From Heteronotia binoei (taxonomy: Eukaryota): a DNA stretch of 64,000 nucleotides. Positions 23,771 through 36,085 of this stretch are shown in pieces. The DNA is taken from NCBI RefSeq assembly GCF_032191835.1, contig NC_083238.1, positions 11,346,001-11,410,000 on the forward strand, written 5' to 3'. Under the pieces are notes generated by a model. That model was not told the DNA's origin, did not search any database, and saw nothing but the letters and a program-made list of their open reading frames with translations. A program made the position numbers and the translations under genes. The stretch's first letter is position 1. Each line of letters starts with the position of its first letter.

Positions 23771-24242
23771 ACACAGTAGTAGCAATCAATTATGAATCAC
23801 AAAACAAGCTATGAAATGGGAGCCTGTACATTTTAGTGAGATAAATGCATTTGTATAGTTAGAGAAATGATGCTGTGCTGCTTCATAGGCTTCTGCATAG
23901 GGAATCATCCCTTTTGCCAATGTATACTTTGGGCAACTGTAAGCCTTATCGCTCCTCAGGTTTTTTTTTCTTGCTGTACAGTACATTCCCTGTTGATTTG
24001 AGAAATAACTAACTGCCTAGTTCGGGCAACTTCAGAGCTGAACTCTTGTAGAGGTAAGAATAAAGTCTACTCTTATTTGTATTTACTCAGAAGTAAATAC
24101 AAGTTCAGGCATGAGTTCAGTCATGAGGCTGCAGCAACCATGTGCAGAGAGTTTCTGACCATAAGATCATAGCATTCTGAGATACTTGCGGGAGTGGTTT
24201 ATATATTTAATTCATTTGGACCTTGCTTTTCTCCCTGAATAA

Positions 24243-24547
24243 GAGCCCCGTGGCGCAGAGTGGTAAAGCCGCAGTACTGCAGTCTGAGCTCCCTGCTCAC
24301 AACCTGAGTTCGATCCCGGCAGAAGCTGGGTCCAGATAGCCAGCTCCAGGTTGACTCAGCCTTCCATCCTTCCGTGGTCAGTAAAATGAGTACCCAGCTT
24401 GCTGGGAGGAAAGTGTAGATGACTGGGGAAGGAAATGGCAAACCATCCTGTAAAAAAGTCTGCCGGGAAAACGTTGCGAAAGCAACGTCACCCCAGAGTT
24501 GGAAACGACCAGTGCTTGCACAGGAGACTACCTTTACCTTTTTTTCC
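24243..24547 (+). mobile_element. Sauria SINE, full length
   Basis: tRNA-like head gagccccgtggcgcagagtggtaaag...gagttcgatcccgg; RTE/BovB-type tail ...gcacaggagactacctttacctt. Confidence 0.92.
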
Positions 24548-24559
24548 TCCCTGATGGTC

Positions 24560-24748
24560 ACTCAACATGGCTTACATCATTCTCCTCTCCTCCATTTTAT
24601 TTTTCCCAGCAACCCTGTGAGGCAGGTTAAGCTGAGAGAATGTGACTGGCCCAACACCACCCTGTGAACTTCCATGGCACAAGTGGGAATTCGAACCCAG
24701 ATCTCCCAGATGCTAGTCTGACACTCTTAACTACTATACCACACTGGT
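24560..24748 (-). mobile_element. Old MIR/CORE-like SINE
   Basis: caaccctgtgaggcaggttaagctgagag...gggaattcgaacccagatctccc...cttaactactataccacactgg. Confidence 0.7.
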
Positions 24749-26222
24749 TTCCTACCTTCTCCTTCATCTAGTTCCTATTTTGGATAGCTCAGCAGAGAAT
24801 ATGTCATCCAATATGTACGCTCTTGCTTTGTGCATGATTCCCACTCCCTCCATGCAACCTTCATTCCTGTTCTTTATTGCTTCTCTTACCCACCGTAAGT
24901 CACCCACATTGTAAATATCCTGATTCTCTCTTTGCTTTTCACCACCATAAAACATAACTGGGTCACCTTCACTGATGCTTTATCCTGTTCTTCACTCAAT
25001 TTTGTTCTCCTCCTCCTTTCAAAACTCTCCAAGAGTTTGTTTAAATATAATGTTTTTACCACTTTCTTCTTTGCTTTGGGTGTTTTACATTTCATGCCTC
25101 TATAATTCACACACACCTGCAAACACAGGCAAATTCAAGGCTTTGCTTTACTCCTGGTGCCTAAAAGCTTTGGCCTAGCAACTAGCACCTGAATTGTCAT
25201 ACTGTTCAAGAAGCATGTTTCTTATGCATGTATGTATGTATTTGGGCTATTTCTTTGCTGCCTCTTCAGACTCCTTCCAATTAAAACAATTTCATGATAT
25301 AAAAACAAGCAATTAAAAACAAGCCAACCTGGCTTCTTGCGAACTTTCATAAGCCCTCCAAATATTAGAAGAGAGAAGAAACAATTCTTTCCCCTCCATA
25401 CCCTTCAACTTTCCTCAGTCCCCTCTACCCAACCCATGAAATCTCATGGGCAGTCATATGTCTATCTACTGCAGAGCTGAGCTACAGCTCAGTAAAATGA
25501 TACCTGCAATCCCATCAGGATAACTAACAGTTATAATTATATTATGCAAATACATTATGCAAGTAATTACGATATCATTTTGCATATCAAGGGATGTCTG
25601 TGAGATACAAAACCAGTACAAAATAGCTCTCTTTCCTCTTACTAGCCTGTGTGTTTTTATTAGCATTGTTGCTACCGCTAAATTTTGTGTCCCTTTATTT
25701 TTCCTGGCTTCGCTGTGCACAGTGTTCTCTTGCTGTCTGTATCAGTCTCTTGGCTGAAGTCTGGCAAGTGTTATATGATTATTTTATCTCTCACTGTAAA
25801 GTGTTTTGAGAGACTTTGTATGAGAAGCAATATAAAAATAAATTGAATTGAACTATGGCTTCACCTCCCCACTTTTTAGTGTAAAAACCTTTTAGAGCAA
25901 AAACTGCAACACTATGGGAAAAAGAGAGAGAGACAAGATTAAGACTGCCTGGGAAAAGAGGTGACACAAGATGACAGGACAACCCCTGCATGAGTAGCTT
26001 AGTTGGTTCACAATTGGTTATTTGTTAAGGCCAGTTCACACACAGAAGCTGCATATCTTTTACCAATATGGTTGTACACTCATGTAGAGAAACAAATAAA
26101 GGAGAGGCATTCTAAGCAAGTCTACTTGGAAGTAACTCCTATTGTATTCAATGAGCCACTACATCTAACCACTTATCAGGGCTTTTGAACCGCCATGCCT
26201 ACTCCCTTCTCGGGGCTTTTGA

Positions 26223-26516
26223 GCCACCACATCTAGAAGAAGAAGAAGATATTGGATTTATATCCCACCCTCCACTTCGAAGCGGCTCAGAGCGGCTCAC
26301 AATTTCCTTTACCTTCCTCTCCCACAACAGACACCCTGTGAGGTGGGTGGGGCTGGAGAGGGCTCTCACAGCAACTGCCCTTTCAAGGACAACCTCTGCC
26401 AGAGCTATGGCTGAACCAAGGCCATTCCAGCAGGTGCAAGTGGAGGAGTGGGGAATCAAACCCGGGTCTCCCAGATAAGAGTCCGAACACTTAACCACTA
26501 CACCAAACTGGCTCTA
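26223..26516 (-). mobile_element. SINE family A
   Basis: (gaa)n tail through to ccactacaccaaactggctct, reversed. Confidence 0.9.
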
Positions 26517-26854
26517 CTTCCTTCTCAGGGCTTCATGCCACCAAGTCTCCTTTCTTGTCAGGTCTTTCAACCCAGCACCTCTACTCCCTTCTCAGGGCTT
26601 TGAACCACCGTATTTATTTTCTTCTCAGGGCTTGGATCCACTGTGTCTACATGGCTTTCATGGCTTGAAGTTACCACATCTACATATGCCAATGCACGCT
26701 GGTATTGGTTTGGGTCTCAGATAGTCTCAGGATACATTGCTTTGGTTTTGCTGGGAAAAATCTTTAATAAAGAGTTTGCCTTTTTTTCACAGCTACAGCT
26801 CACTTTGTTGACATTGACCTCAAGATGCTTCCCCCTCACAATGTAAGCAATTTC

Positions 26855-27190
26855 GGACCCCTTTAGCATGTATTCAAAGTTGCAATTTTATGTTCTAATG
26901 TGCATCACCTTATACTTACCCACACTGAACTTCATTTGTCACACTGTCACCCACTAATCCAACTTGTGGAGGTCCTCCTGAAGCTCTTCTTCCTTGGTTT
27001 TCTCTATCCTGAATAATTTTGTGTCCTCCATCAATGTGGCCAATACGCTGCTTATTCCCGGTGGCAGATAATTTGTGAACGAATGAAATAGCACTGTCCT
27101 TGTGGAACCCCACTGCTTACTTCCTCCATTGTGAGAATTGTCCATTTATTTCTACTTCTTTGCGTCCTGCCATTGAACCAATTTTAATTT
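26855..27190 (-). mobile_element. CR1 reverse-transcriptase fragment (degenerate)
   Basis: Minus translation GISSVLATLMEDTKLFRI...ELQEDLHKLD and VMKFSVGKYKVMH resemble CR1 FADDTKL...LQ.DL..L...FNV.KCKVMH. Confidence 0.8.
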
Positions 27191-27346
27191 TTTAGCCATA
27201 AAATGGTCAAAAATAATTTGAAATACTACCCCCCCCCCTTTACAAGTTTCAAAAGTGACAGAACTGAGGAAATATTAGGGAAGGTAAACATAAGAGAATA
27301 CAAGCCAAAAGAAGATAAGCAAAGATAATAGGACTATCTCTTAGAC

Positions 27347-27727
27347 CAGGGGTGGCCAAACTGCGGCTCAGAAGCCACATGTGGCTCTTTCACACGTGTT
27401 GTGTGGCTCTCAAAACTCCCGCTGTCACATTGGCTGACTTGGAGAAGGCGTTTCTCTCTTTAAATCACTTCTCCAAGCCAAGCCAGCTGGTGGCTTGCAG
27501 AATGCATTTAAAGTTAGAGTTGCTTTCTTTCCACCTCCCTCCATCTATTCTCCTTCCTTCCTTCCTAGTCGCCCTGAGCCTGCCTAGGCGGGGAGGGCGG
27601 GATACAAATAAAATTTAATAATAATAATAAAAAGCTCTCAGACATCTGACAATCATATCTTGTGGCTCTCAAGCATCTGACATTTATTCTATGTGTCTCT
27701 TACATTAAGCAAGTTTGGCCACCTCTG
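27347..27727. mobile_element. hAT-type MITE with perfect 8-bp TSD and a nested L2 tail (about 27563-27630)
   Basis: TIRs caggggtggccaaact / agtttggccacctctg; TSD tcttagac at 27339-27346 and 27728-27735. Confidence 0.9.
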
Positions 27728-28199
27728 TCTTAGACCTAATGAAATCACAGGACATGGCCATTGGCCAACTGAAGTCAAACACTTTACAATCCCACTGCTG
27801 AGTAAACATATCCTCTAATGATACCAGTGTCCTTAACTTAAACTGGATCATGCCCCCAAACCTTTAAACTGATCTAATTCCTTCATATTAGTTGAAGTAG
27901 CAAATAGAACATCCCTTTTATGAATTAAACACACAGCAGAATGCACTCATATGATACTTCTCTAATGCCACCAAACATTTCCCACAGTTGTGCAACAAAA
28001 GGAGATCCTTATTATGCATACTTGCTATCTCTTCCCAAACAGTGTTAACCAGTTTTTCTTACAACAGAAGATCAGTGTTGTATGGAAAGAAGTCCTATTT
28101 ATTCCAGCTATAATTTTATAGAAAAGGGATGGGAATCTGGCACATTAGGAAAAAAAGAGATGATTTTGCCCAGTTTCATCATTTTCAACTATTACTACC

Positions 28200-28563
28200 T
28201 GAGAGGTGATATGATCACCATTACTTGAAGGGCTGTCATATAGAGGATGGTGTGGAATTGTTTTCTGTGGCCCCAGAAGGTAGGACCAGAACCAATGGGT
28301 TGAAAGTAAATCAAAAGCGTTTCCGGCTCAACATTAGGAAGAACTTCCTGACCATTAGAGCGATTCCTCAGTGGAACAGGCTTCCTCGGGAGGTGGTGGG
28401 TTCTCCTTCCGTGGAGGTTTTTAAACAGAGGCTAGATGGCCATCTGACAGCAATGAAGATCCTGTGAATTCAAGGGGAGGTGTTTGTGAGTTTCCTGCAT
28501 TGTGCAGGGGGTGGACTAGATGACCCTAGAGGTTCCTTCCAACTCTATGATTCTATGATTCTA
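28200..28563 (+). mobile_element. CR1 LINE 3' end (second subfamily)
   Basis: GCHIEDGVELFSVAPEGRTRTNGLK...FRLNIRKNFLT.RA..QWNRLPREVVGSPS.EVFKQRLD; (attctatg)n tail. Confidence 0.92.
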
Positions 28564-30267
28564 CTCCTTCTTTTTAAAAAGATCTATTATTAGTCATGGA
28601 ATACTTGGTTTCAGTCTGAAAATTCTGTTTTCCCATATGTGACAGTTTTGATTTTATAGCCCAATTAGTTGAACAGGAAAAACTATCAGAAAAATAAAAC
28701 ACAGCATATCCTTCTTTCTTATATTTCCCAGACAGCTAAAAACAGAACCCTGTCAGAACACTTAATTTGCAATGAATTGAAATTTGTCTAAAATATGACG
28801 TGCTGCCAATCCTTTTCTTCTCCAGCTTTCATATCTCTGACTTAACCCTCGTGTAATTAGTGTATTTTTTGTTATAGTTGCTCAAGTGTAATGATTGCTG
28901 TTATAGCAGTTCGCGGAAGGAAAGATATATGATATTGAATGTTATGTCAAGGAAATAGAAACATGCTTCATTTCTTCATTAGATAATGTTTATTTATAGC
29001 ACAATATATGTCTACCTCCACTGTACCATTAAAGTTTTGACTGCTTTTTAACTATAAAATTTGATATTGTTGTGGCAGCTGCACTACCCAAATGATTGCT
29101 GCAGTACAGCTGTTATCAAAGAATAAGATTTATAGCTACACTACATGGTGTAAAGATATGTGCATATTTACTTTGTTTTTATTACTCACGTTCTATATTT
29201 TAATGACCCAAGGTGGGATGAAATAGCACAAGAATAAATGTTTGCAGCTTACAAAAAATTGGAATCAATTGTAAAAAAAAAAAAAAAAGGAGAGGGAGAT
29301 TGGATGTAATTGTGTATTGTGCAAATCATAGAATCAGTTCGGTTGTTCTCTTGAACAGACATACATTCTGATCCTAAGCTGAAAATAAGCTAAGCTTAGG
29401 GTCAGAGGACTAGCTGTGACAAATTCTCAGACCTGTAGGTTGCTTCCTTCAGCCACACTGACTCATCCTATAATGGCTGTAGGCAGGTGAAAGGTTTTGG
29501 GTTTTTTAAAAAACTGAGTTGAAAGTCAGGTGATAGAGGATTTACTTTATCTCATTTCTCACTGTTGTCACTTATGGAATAGCTCTTGCAGCTTTTCCAA
29601 GTGTCACAAATGTGTGCAAAACATTTGAACAGAGACCATGGGATAAATGTGTATGTCATGGGTACTGCTGGCCTTTGGCTTACTGCTTTCAACACTTTTT
29701 GGGGAAAATAATTTGCATCTGTTTCATTCAAAGTATAACCCATCCTGGCTTCCACAGACAACTCTAGTAAAACCACTGATAAAATGTATTTATTTATTTA
29801 AAACATGTCTGTCTCAGCTACTTGCAGACTCATGGTGGCTAATAACGCTACAACTGGGTTGTGAGGACACAAATACACCAATGCAATTAACAAGATTAAA
29901 GCATACAAATTTCAAGTTTAAACACATGCACCGAGAATTAAAGACAAATCTGCTGAAACCATTTACCCCCTCTCAAATGCTCTCTGGAATAAAAGAGTCC
30001 TTCATGCCTTTGGTGCCCTCCACATTCACTCTGGAAGGTGCTTCCAAAGGGCAGGGCTTCTAACTGAAAAAACCTGCGACCCAGCTGAAATTGTACAGAC
30101 ACTTCTAAAGGAGGAGGAAACCATACAAAGGCTGTCTGCAGCAATTGCATGAACGTATACTGGCATATGTGGATTGATAGATGAGAAAGTAACCAGTTAT
30201 TGTCAATGCACCTATAGCTCCTGGATTAAAGTTTAGCTAAATTTCTTCACCTGTTTAACCCTTCACC

Positions 30268-30893
30268 AAAGGGTGATTAACATGTGGAATTCAGTGCCAC
30301 AGGAGTGCCACAAGCATAGCCACCTTCAAGAGGGGGTTAGATAAAAATATGGAGCAAGGTCCATCAGTGGCTATTAGCCACGGTGTGTGAGTGTGTGTGT
30401 GTGCGTAATTTTTTGTTGGCCGCTGTGTGACACAGAGTGTTGGACTGGATGGGCCACTGGCCTGATCCAACATGGCTTCTCTTATGTTCTTATGTGACAC
30501 AGAGTGTTGGACTGGACGGGCCATTGGCCTGATCCAACATGGCTTCTCTTATGTTCTTATGTGACGGAGAGTCTTGAACTGGATGGGCCATTGGCCTGAT
30601 CCAACATGGCTTCTCTTATGTTCTTATGTGACAGAGTGTTGGACTAGATGGGCCATTGGCCTGATCCAACATGGCTTCTCTTATGTTCTTATGTGACAGA
30701 GTGTTGGACTAGATGGGCCATTGGCCTGATCCAACATGGCTTCTCTTATGTTCTTATGTGACAGAGTGTTGGACTAGATGGGCCATTGGCCTGATCCAAC
30801 ATGGCTTCTCTTATGTTCTTATGTGACAGAGTGTTGGACTAGATGGGCCATTGGCCTGATCCAACATGGCTTCTCTTATGTTCTTATGTTCTT
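30268..30893 (+). mobile_element. CR1 3' end with seven tandem terminal units
   Basis: Units start at 30426, 30493, 30560, 30627, 30692, 30757 and 30822 (3x67 + 4x65 bp). Confidence 0.92.
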
Positions 30894-31024
30894 AAGTGAA
30901 ACGAAAATGTGGCTATTCCTCAAAGTCGAACAGCTAGTCTTTTGCGCACCCCCCCCAGTTGGAACAAAAGAGGGAGACACAAGAGTTGGGATTAAATGTG
31001 AGGAATAAATAAATAAATAAGGAG

Positions 31025-32945
31025 GCCACTTTATTATTTGTTTACATAACTACAGCAGGGGCATGTAAATTGAGCATGGCAGGTGTCAGCCCTCTGACTA
31101 CCTCCAAGCTCCCAAGCTAGGCGAGCACCCTTACCCTGGGCATGAGCCATGCCTTTTGGTTCGCCCCCAGCCGGCTAGGCTAACTATAAGCTGCCCTGTT
31201 AAGGGATCTGCCTTACCGGGCCATGAAGCCCACCACAGACAGCACCCCCTGCCAGAGCAACTCGTAAGGCATCCCACCATTCCCCACCCTGAGCCACGAA
31301 GCCTGCAGGCAGGTTTGGAGGACTCCCTTCCCCCCAAAAAAGGATAGGTGCCCTATGGTGCTCCCCATACCTGCTTTAATTTTTACCACCAACCCCCCAC
31401 CATTAACAAAGTCAAGCCTCTGCTTAGGACCCTGTCCCCACCTGGCAGCCCAAGGCAGCCCCTGCTGCAGATCCTCCGAAAATAAGTTGTTGCCCTTATC
31501 CTATAGGTGCACACCGTCTACTCTGTACAGGTCCTCCCTCCCTGCCAGAATCTCAGGATGCGGCAGAAGAAGAAGAAGAAGATATTGGATTTATATCCCG
31601 CCCTCCACTCCGAAGAGTCTCAGAGCGGCTCACAATCTCCTTTCCCTTCCTCCCCCACAACAGACACCCTGTGAGGTAGATGAAGATATTGGATTTATAT
31701 CCCGCCCTCCACTCCGAAGAGTCTCAGAGCGGCTCACAATCTCCTTTCCCTTCCTCCCCCACAACAGACACCCTGTGAGGTGGGTGGGGTTGGAGAGGGC
31801 TCTCCCAGCAGCTGCCCTTTCAAGGACAACCTCTGCCAGAGCTATGGCTGACCCAAGGCCATTCCAGCAGGTGCAAGTGGAGGAGTGGGGAATCAAACCC
31901 GCTTCTCCCAGATAAGAGTCTGCACACTTAACCACTACACCAAACTGGCGAACACCACTACACCAAACTGGAGAACATCCCAACCCTCTTTCCATGGCCA
32001 GCCTCAGCTCCCAATTTGCCTTTTCCCTGGCCCTGGCCATGCCCCCGGGTCTGCTCCCTCACGCCAGACTCTCCATGGCAGGATGACCAACCAAATCAAT
32101 AGCACTCCTGGCCATCTGCATTGGATGAGCTCCAGATCAGCCGAGGCCCGTAGTATGAGTGCCTTCCCTTTCACCAGGCCCAAGACATTTCCACCCAGGT
32201 GAAGAATCAACATGTGGGCTGGAGGACCCGTCCTCACCCCAAACAGCAGCGGGAGGAGGCCTGGTCATTGAAGACCCCGCCGGCCTAGCCGCTCCACCAT
32301 GGTCACCTCACTGATCCTGAGCTGGGAACTGATGTGGCACCTCTTGGCCTGATGCGCTGCCCAGAAGACCATGCTGTGGCCACAAATGAGTACTCTCTTC
32401 CTCCCCTCAGGGTGCTGCAAACCTGCAAAGAGAGCCCAACTCACTGTCTAAAGGATTCAAACTGTCTACCTGCTTGAGCATATGACCTCCTTGTGCTAGG
32501 TGCAACGGCCAAGTCTATCGCCCTCTCAGCCTCGGCCCTCCAAGCCGCCACAGTTACGGTGGCATCCTGGTTGGGCGGGGGTTGGCCCTCAAGGCCAGTT
32601 CCCTGAAGCATCCCATCTGTTTGCGCGACAGAGCGACAGAGCATCAGCAATCTCATTGTCGACCCCTGGCACGTGCCGTGCCCTGAACAAGATGTTGGCC
32701 TGGAGGCACTGCATACCAGGTTCATGACCCTAGGAGACTTTGATGTGAGAGAATTAATTACTTGCACTACAGCCATGTTGTCACACCAAAACAGCACAGC
32801 CCTGTCTGCCAGCTTGCCACACCAGAGCCAGACTGCTACCGTTATGAGGAAAAACTCCAGACAAGTCAGATCCCTGGTGAGGCCTGCCTCCATCCAATGC
32901 ACTGGCCAGTCCTCCACACACCAGTATCCTCGGAAGTACACCTGC
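31025..32945 (-). mobile_element. DIRS-order (Ngaro-type) tyrosine-recombinase retrotransposon remnant: RNase H, YR N-terminus, SGNH hydrolase ORF, 3' terminus
   Basis: RNase H: DLTCLEFF.I.VAVWLW..KLADRAVLFWCDNMAVVQVINSLTSKS. YR start: AERAIDLAVAPSTRRSY. Hydrolase: RVLICGHSMVFWA, LILHLGGNVL, LYRVDGVHL*. Ends ...aataaagtggcc. Confidence 0.85.
31565..31950 (-). mobile_element. SINE family A (two tail units) inserted in the Ngaro hydrolase ORF
   Basis: Units at 31578 and 31682 (104 bp apart); hydrolase reading frame on both sides. Confidence 0.9.
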
Positions 32946-33173
32946 TTTGCATATAAGCTGCATTTAATGTAAAAATGGCATAAAACGGTGAGAAATGGGG
33001 CTACAGTAGGAAAGGATGAGTCTGGATCTGTCAGCTAATGGGCTCTACAAACAAACAAACCAGCAGAGAAAATGGGGAGGGGGACAAAGACACTCACATT
33101 AAATGCATATGGAAACTGAAAGAAACAAAACTTGGCGTAGTCAGACTGTCATATTCTGCGCATGGACTGTCCA

Positions 33174-33669
33174 TAGGGTTGCCAATCCCCAGGTGCGGGC
33201 AGAGGATCCCCCGGTTTGGAGGCCCTCCCCCTCCTTCAGGCTCATCAGAAAGCAAGGGGAGGGGAGGGAAATGTCTGCTGGGAACTCTATGATTCCCTAT
33301 GGAGATTTATTCCCATAGAAAATCATGGAAAATCAATCTGTGGGTATCTGGGGCTCGGAGGGGGGCTGTTTTGGGGGGTAGAGGCACCAAATTTTCAGTA
33401 TAGCATCTAGTGCCTCTCCCCAAAACACCCCCCCAAGTTTCAAAAAGATTGGACCAGGGGTCCCAATTCTATGAGCCCCAAAAGAAGGTGTCCATTATTA
33501 GAAGGAAGGCATTGAAAAGGTGTGCCGTCCCTTTAAATGTGATGGCCAGAACTCCCTTTGGAGTTCAATTATGCTTGTCACAGCCTTGATCTTGGCTCCA
33601 CCCCTAATTTCTCCTGGCTCCACCCCCCAAAGTCCCCAGATATTTCTTGAATTGTACTTGGCAACCCTA
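33174..33669. mobile_element. MITE with tagggttgcca TIRs
   Basis: tagggttgccaa ... ttggcaacccta. Confidence 0.85.
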
Positions 33670-33844
33670 ACTGTCCACCATCAGTCTGACTCCCTTGCCA
33701 GCTGGGCTGTTTGCTTGCTCCTTTAAGACCTCAGTTCTCTCTTATCTTCTGGTGTATTCCTCTTGTGCTTGGAGCAAAACCTGTCACCTCCTCATAGGAC
33801 TGTCTCTGGTTCTGAAAGAGACAAATCAATGGATTACAGATCAA

Positions 33845-34125
33845 ATCTATCTTGAATGCTCCTTAGAAGCTAAAATGATTAAACTGAGGCTATTCCACTT
33901 TGGTCGCATTATGAAAAATTAAATTATTATTATGATTTTTGCTAGGAAAAGTTGAAGGCAGCAGGAAAGAGGAAGACCCAAGATGAGATGGATGGACTCT
34001 TCAAAGGAAGCCACGAGGGCCCTCAGTTTTCAAGACCTGACTAACGCTGTTAACAATAGGATGTTTGGGAGGCAATGAATCCATAACGTTGTCATAAACT
34101 GGAAGTGACCTGATGGCATTTAACG
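33845..34125 (+). mobile_element. RTE/BovB-type LINE 3' remnant
   Basis: SLEAKMIKLRLFHFGRIM, then LGKVEGSRK-RGRPKMRWMD (frameshifted). Confidence 0.8.
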
Positions 34126-34169
34126 CAAAGGGTCCCTCCCCTGTTTCTTGGGTCTCTCAGGGGTAAGAA

Positions 34170-34745
34170 CGGGCATGAACTGGATCATGAACTAATGTTT
34201 GTGATGAATTTTGGCTCATTTGTGGCTCAAGTTCAGCATGAACTTTCCACAAATTTTCAAGCGGTTTGTGGTGGTTTGTGCCAGCTTGTGAATGGATACA
34301 TATCCAGAAAGTCTAAATATTTGTCAAACTTCAAAACAAAGAGGGGATGAAACTTGGAGGGCGTGTAGTGGAACATCCAGGGTGAGTCACCTGCAACTTT
34401 GATGTCTCTGGTTTGCACAGGATCTGTTCTATACACTCCTGAACTTGTGCCTGTCAATTGGGTTGCCTGTCATTTCCCCAGAACGCACTTTCCTGGGGGC
34501 ACCTTCTTGGGGGGGGGGGGTAGTCATAACTCAGACCTCATAAATCCAATCCTCACCAAATTTGTAGGGCAGGTAGAGGTGGGTCATCCAGAGATCTTCT
34601 GTGAATCCGGTGTCTCTACCACATCACAAATCTCATGAACCAAACCAATTTGTTTGGTGGCTAAAAGTTCGTGATGGTTCATGGTTTGTTAGGTGGACAA
34701 ACCATGAACCAAACAGAACCACATTTTCCTGGTTCATGCCCATCC
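34170..34745. mobile_element. MITE with gggcatgaac TIRs
   Basis: acgggcatgaac ... gttcatgcccatc, with subterminal (catgaacc) reiterations. Confidence 0.75.
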
Positions 34746-35249
34746 TCCTTAGGAGGACCAATAAGGTGCAGCCTCAACCTTCTCTGTGCCCTCACCTCTT
34801 ATAGGTTGGGTACTATTTAGCCCTATCAAATCAGCTTGTGATGTCTGTTTTTGGCCCCTAGCTGAGCAGTAAATGGGGTTCCTGCCATGGCCAGAACATG
34901 GGAGACCAGTTGGCCCTCAAGTGGCTTAGTTCCACCCCTGGTGAGAGTTAGGGTACCCACTCAAAGCCCCCAACACATTTATTTGTTGGTTTATTTAAAG
35001 CATTTCTATTCTTTCTTTTGACCCAACTCAGAATCTCCAAGGCAGTGAACATTAAAATATTTCAAACATCAAAAATAGCATTTTTTTTTAAAAAAAACCC
35101 CTATACAATGAATTTAAAACAAGTAAAGAAAACACATTCACATACAAACACATATCCAGGGCTAATAAGAGTTATTGAGGAAACAAAAGTTTAAAAAGTC
35201 TTCATGCTCTGGAGAAAGGCAATAATAAAACAAGACAGATGAATTTCCT

Positions 35250-36085
35250 TAGGGTAGGAGTTCCATAGTTTGGTGCCACAATCAAGAAGGCCCTTTCTTG
35301 TGTTCCCTCTAAGCTGAGTTAGCATGAGCTAGCTCACAGATAGCCTCCAGCTCACACCTTTTTGTCTTAGCTAAGGAAAAATGGCCCCAGAACACAATAA
35401 TTTATGCAGTAGCTCACAACTTTAATTCCAGTAGCTCACAACATAGAATCTTTGCTCACAAGAGTCCACAGCTTAGAGGGAACATTGGTTGCCACCATCT
35501 AGCCTCAGATGGCACAGGGACCCTAAGCAGAGCCTCCAAATATGACTGGAGAGTGGGGTAGGTTCATATGGGAGTAGGAGGTCCTGAAGATAGGCTGGCC
35601 CTAAGCAATATAGGGCTTTAAATATCAATACCTGCCCCCTGAATTGGGCCCAGAAGCAAATTGTGTAGATAGAACAAGACTGGAGTGAAATGATCCCCAC
35701 AACCCACTCCAGTCAACATTTTGGCCACAGCAATCTGTACCGATTGAAACTTCTGGACAGTCTTCAAGAGCAATTTCACACAGAGCACTTTGCAGTAGAC
35801 TAATGTAGATTTTACCAAGGGATGGTCCACAGTGACAAAATCTTTGCTGCTCAGGAAGGGCCAGCTGGTAAAAGGCTCCTCTGGCTACCATTGTCATCTG
35901 TTGCTCCAACAGGAGACCCTGGTCCAGCAGCACCCTCAAGTTATAAACCTCCTCCTTTGGGGTATTGCTACCCCATCCAGAAGAGAAGCCATTCAAGTTC
36001 CTGGGTCAGACCTCCACTCCAGTAGTACCTCCATTTTGCAGGGATTAAGTTTCAGCTTTTTAGCCTTCATCCATTCCAAAATTGC
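35250..36085 (-). mobile_element. Degenerate L2 LINE fragment, interrupted by a MITE
   Basis: Minus ORFs: LRVLLDQGLLLEQQMTMVARGAFYQL, VQKFQSVQIAVAKMLTG, VLIFKALYCLGPAYLQD. Confidence 0.8.
35302..35487. mobile_element. hAT-type MITE
   Basis: TIRs tgttccctctaagctg / cagcttagagggaaca. Confidence 0.85.

Noticed and set aside
30426-30893. CRISPR-like appearance of the 65-67 bp arrays (also 47651-48357, 62062-62580, 53291-53425)
   Set aside because: Whole units are repeated with no unique spacers, they derive from CR1/SINE 3' ends, there are no cas genes, and the DNA is vertebrate.
31355-32040. 186-aa and 136-aa ORFs, and the many ORFs containing DIGFISRPPLRRVSERL or LGEPGLIPHSSTCTCWNGLG
   Set aside because: Chance read-through of SINE family A. 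Only the flanking minus-strand parts belong to the Ngaro hydrolase.
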